DNA from: a virus
Taxonomy: Duplodnaviria > Heunggongvirae > Uroviricota > Caudoviricetes
Length of the DNA: 26,032 bases
Virus record (IMG/VR): IMGVR_UViG_2565956624_000001
Span: 1-26,032 of that record
Direction: 5' to 3' (one strand)
How positions within the stretch are numbered: position 1 is the first letter of the stretch; each line of letters starts with the position of its first letter. Position numbers and translations under genes: made by a program. The notes beneath the pieces were generated by a model. The model had not been told where the DNA came from. It saw only the letters and a list, made by a program, of their open reading frames with translations, and searched no databases. Positions 25,301-26,032 of this stretch are shown here, in pieces.

Positions 25301-26032
25301 GAAATTGACCGCATTGACAACGTTATCGCTGAAGAGAAAAAAGCGACAGCGGAATCACTGGAAACCATCACGGCAGAAATGAATGTGATGGACACAAACC
25401 TTAAAGGTCAGATCTCTAATGTGCAACGCGCAGTAGCTGACGAGGCCAGCGCCCGCGCTGAAGCTATTAACGGTGTAAATGCCTCAATAAGCAATCTTGA
25501 CAAGAAAACTGACGCCAGCGTAAACCGTCTTGATCAGGCAATTGCAGACGAAACAAGTGCGCGTACTCAGGCTATCAGCGACGTGAACGCAAGTATCTCA
25601 ACACTTGACAAGAAAACTGACGCCAGCGTTAAGCGCCTCGATAATGCAATATCAGATGAAACGCAGGCAAGAAGCGACGCAATAACAGTGGTTAAAGCTG
25701 ATTTAACAACGCTTGAAAATAACACAAATGCCAGTGTTAGCCGTCTTGATCAAGCTATCGCTGATGAATCAAGCGCACGTGCTCAGGCGATATCAGGTAT
25801 CAGCGCGACGCTTGGCGGCGTTAAAAGTGAGGTTGATAAAAACAGCGACGAGATAGATCAGGCGAAAGCAAGTCTGCAAAACGCATCTCTGGCGCTTATT
25901 AATAACTCAATGGCGCAAAGCAAGATGAGCACTGTTATTGAGGCGAAATACAGGAAAGGACAAACAAAAACAAAAGCGGAAATAGCAAGGGTAGACACAG
26001 CAATCGCAGATGAGGCGAGCGCACGCGCAGAA
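22400..26032 (+). CDS. host specificity / central tail fibre protein, lambda J-like (partial, 3' end beyond window)
   Basis: ATG 22400 with AGGAGAAAAACC upstream; hand translation gives an uninterrupted frame of 1211 codons to the window end; J-like N-terminal domain, then a coiled-coil region with internal repeats. Not in the ORF track because it has no stop in the window. Confidence 0.8.
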   Translation, partial: MSSGGGKAKTPTLLNDNLYHKQFYRVLDILSEGPIYGPVNQKAPLNDVMLNDTPVTDANGNTSIPGISIAWRNGTADQSPINGFNAIESTVIVNAKVTHDTPIIRTVSDPNVTRVRLNLGVDALVQSDEKGNQYNTSVMLMVDVKPSSSSTWSLIKDIHIGPGKQSGEYLEAHIIKAPDEKPFDIRVRRITPDSNGDLLRNDTRWSSYSEIIDDNLSYPHTAVAGAVIDHDQYTDTPTRTYHLRGLIVDVPDNYNPETRTYSGLWLGGFKKAYTNNPAWLFRYLVKNERFGLARHAGYIDVDDGALYVLSQYCDQLVDDGYGGLEPRMTLNAYITEQMSARDLLDNIAGMFRGIALWDGQRLTVMIDAPQDPIATITNANVVDGAFTRSSIARAECYNAVIVSWTDPENGWEQSKEYVADDKLIARDGYNETTLEAFGCTSRGQAHRAGKWLIETAKREPSKFTFKMARDAIHFTPGDIIEILDNNRAGARLGGRIVANNGRAITVDKVDSEYIAAGDTISLLDSDGKFKKHQIIGVNGNIITLAAAPAWIRNGTVFAVSTNAAKPVLCRITSVAETENNSVYTIEAAQHDPHKQAVVDNGAIFEINNDTLNHFRVPNIENLKVLNVGSETVQCRATWETQTTTRRLTFEIRVYNAEGAVVKSYETTNYSYDFYGIDAGNYSLGIRGRNDTGMKGAESIVDLVIGAPAAPVGVNWVPGVFQATVYPISRTTLTTDTSYEFYYSGETQITDPASITTKAQYTGRGHQWTFGGMNTGHTYYVYVRARNAFGVSDFVEASGKPTENFDEITDYVTKDVMNSKQFKEMVGDIKDLGDRTDLIESATNDLKTATDNLKAATDNLTNITDDLRTETDNLTIETGSIKADTDTLKKETEDLYKKVKENADDIGQHESRIDSLEVSSEKVGSELAQAKASLQNASLALINNSLAQTNTRVTLTAQYKKGRTETKAEIDRIDNVIAEEKKATAESLETITAEMNVMDTNLKGQISNVQRAVADEASARAEAINGVNASISNLDKKTDASVNRLDQAIADETSARTQAISDVNASISTLDKKTDASVKRLDNAISDETQARSDAITVVKADLTTLENNTNASVSRLDQAIADESSARAQAISGISATLGGVKSEVDKNSDEIDQAKASLQNASLALINNSMAQSKMSTVIEAKYRKGQTKTKAEIARVDTAIADEASARAE
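25465..25790 (+). repeat. three tandem 108-bp (36-aa) repeats inside the J-like fibre gene
   Basis: Repeated peptide unit of type NASIS.LDKKTDASV.RLD.AIADE.SAR.QAIS, three times; a longer repeat (AKASLQNASLALINNS.AQ) recurs at about 25186 and 25861. Confidence 0.6.

Noticed and set aside
1-26032. tRNA genes, CRISPR arrays, integrase or attachment sites
   Set aside because: No T-loop-like GGTTCGA-type tRNA signatures in the non-coding gaps, no regularly spaced short repeats separated by unique spacers, and no recombinase-like ORF in this window.

Overview
This window reads as the late region of a tailed dsDNA phage or prophage with a lambda-like tail (siphovirus-type), almost entirely on the + strand. 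In order: a run of small unknown genes; a candidate late promoter plus intrinsic terminator; a lysis cassette (pinholin-like holin, SAR endolysin, Rz with embedded Rz1); an HExxH-motif protein; a compact array of six mini-ORFs; terminase small and large subunits; portal; MuF-like head morphogenesis protein; scaffold-like protein; major capsid protein; head-tail and tail genes; tape measure protein; and lambda-like gpM, gpL, gpK, gpI and a J-like tip/fibre protein that runs off the 3' end. Three minus-strand cassettes interrupt the tail module and look like morons: two lipoproteins (14666-15710), a two-gene pair (18267-18694) and a three-gene set (19571-20345). The most unusual loci are the mini-ORF array at 3985-4456 and these antisense cassettes. 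All calls are by eye from the sequence and the supplied ORF track, using remembered family features; no database search was run. Coordinates include the stop codon. No tRNA, rRNA or CRISPR array was seen.
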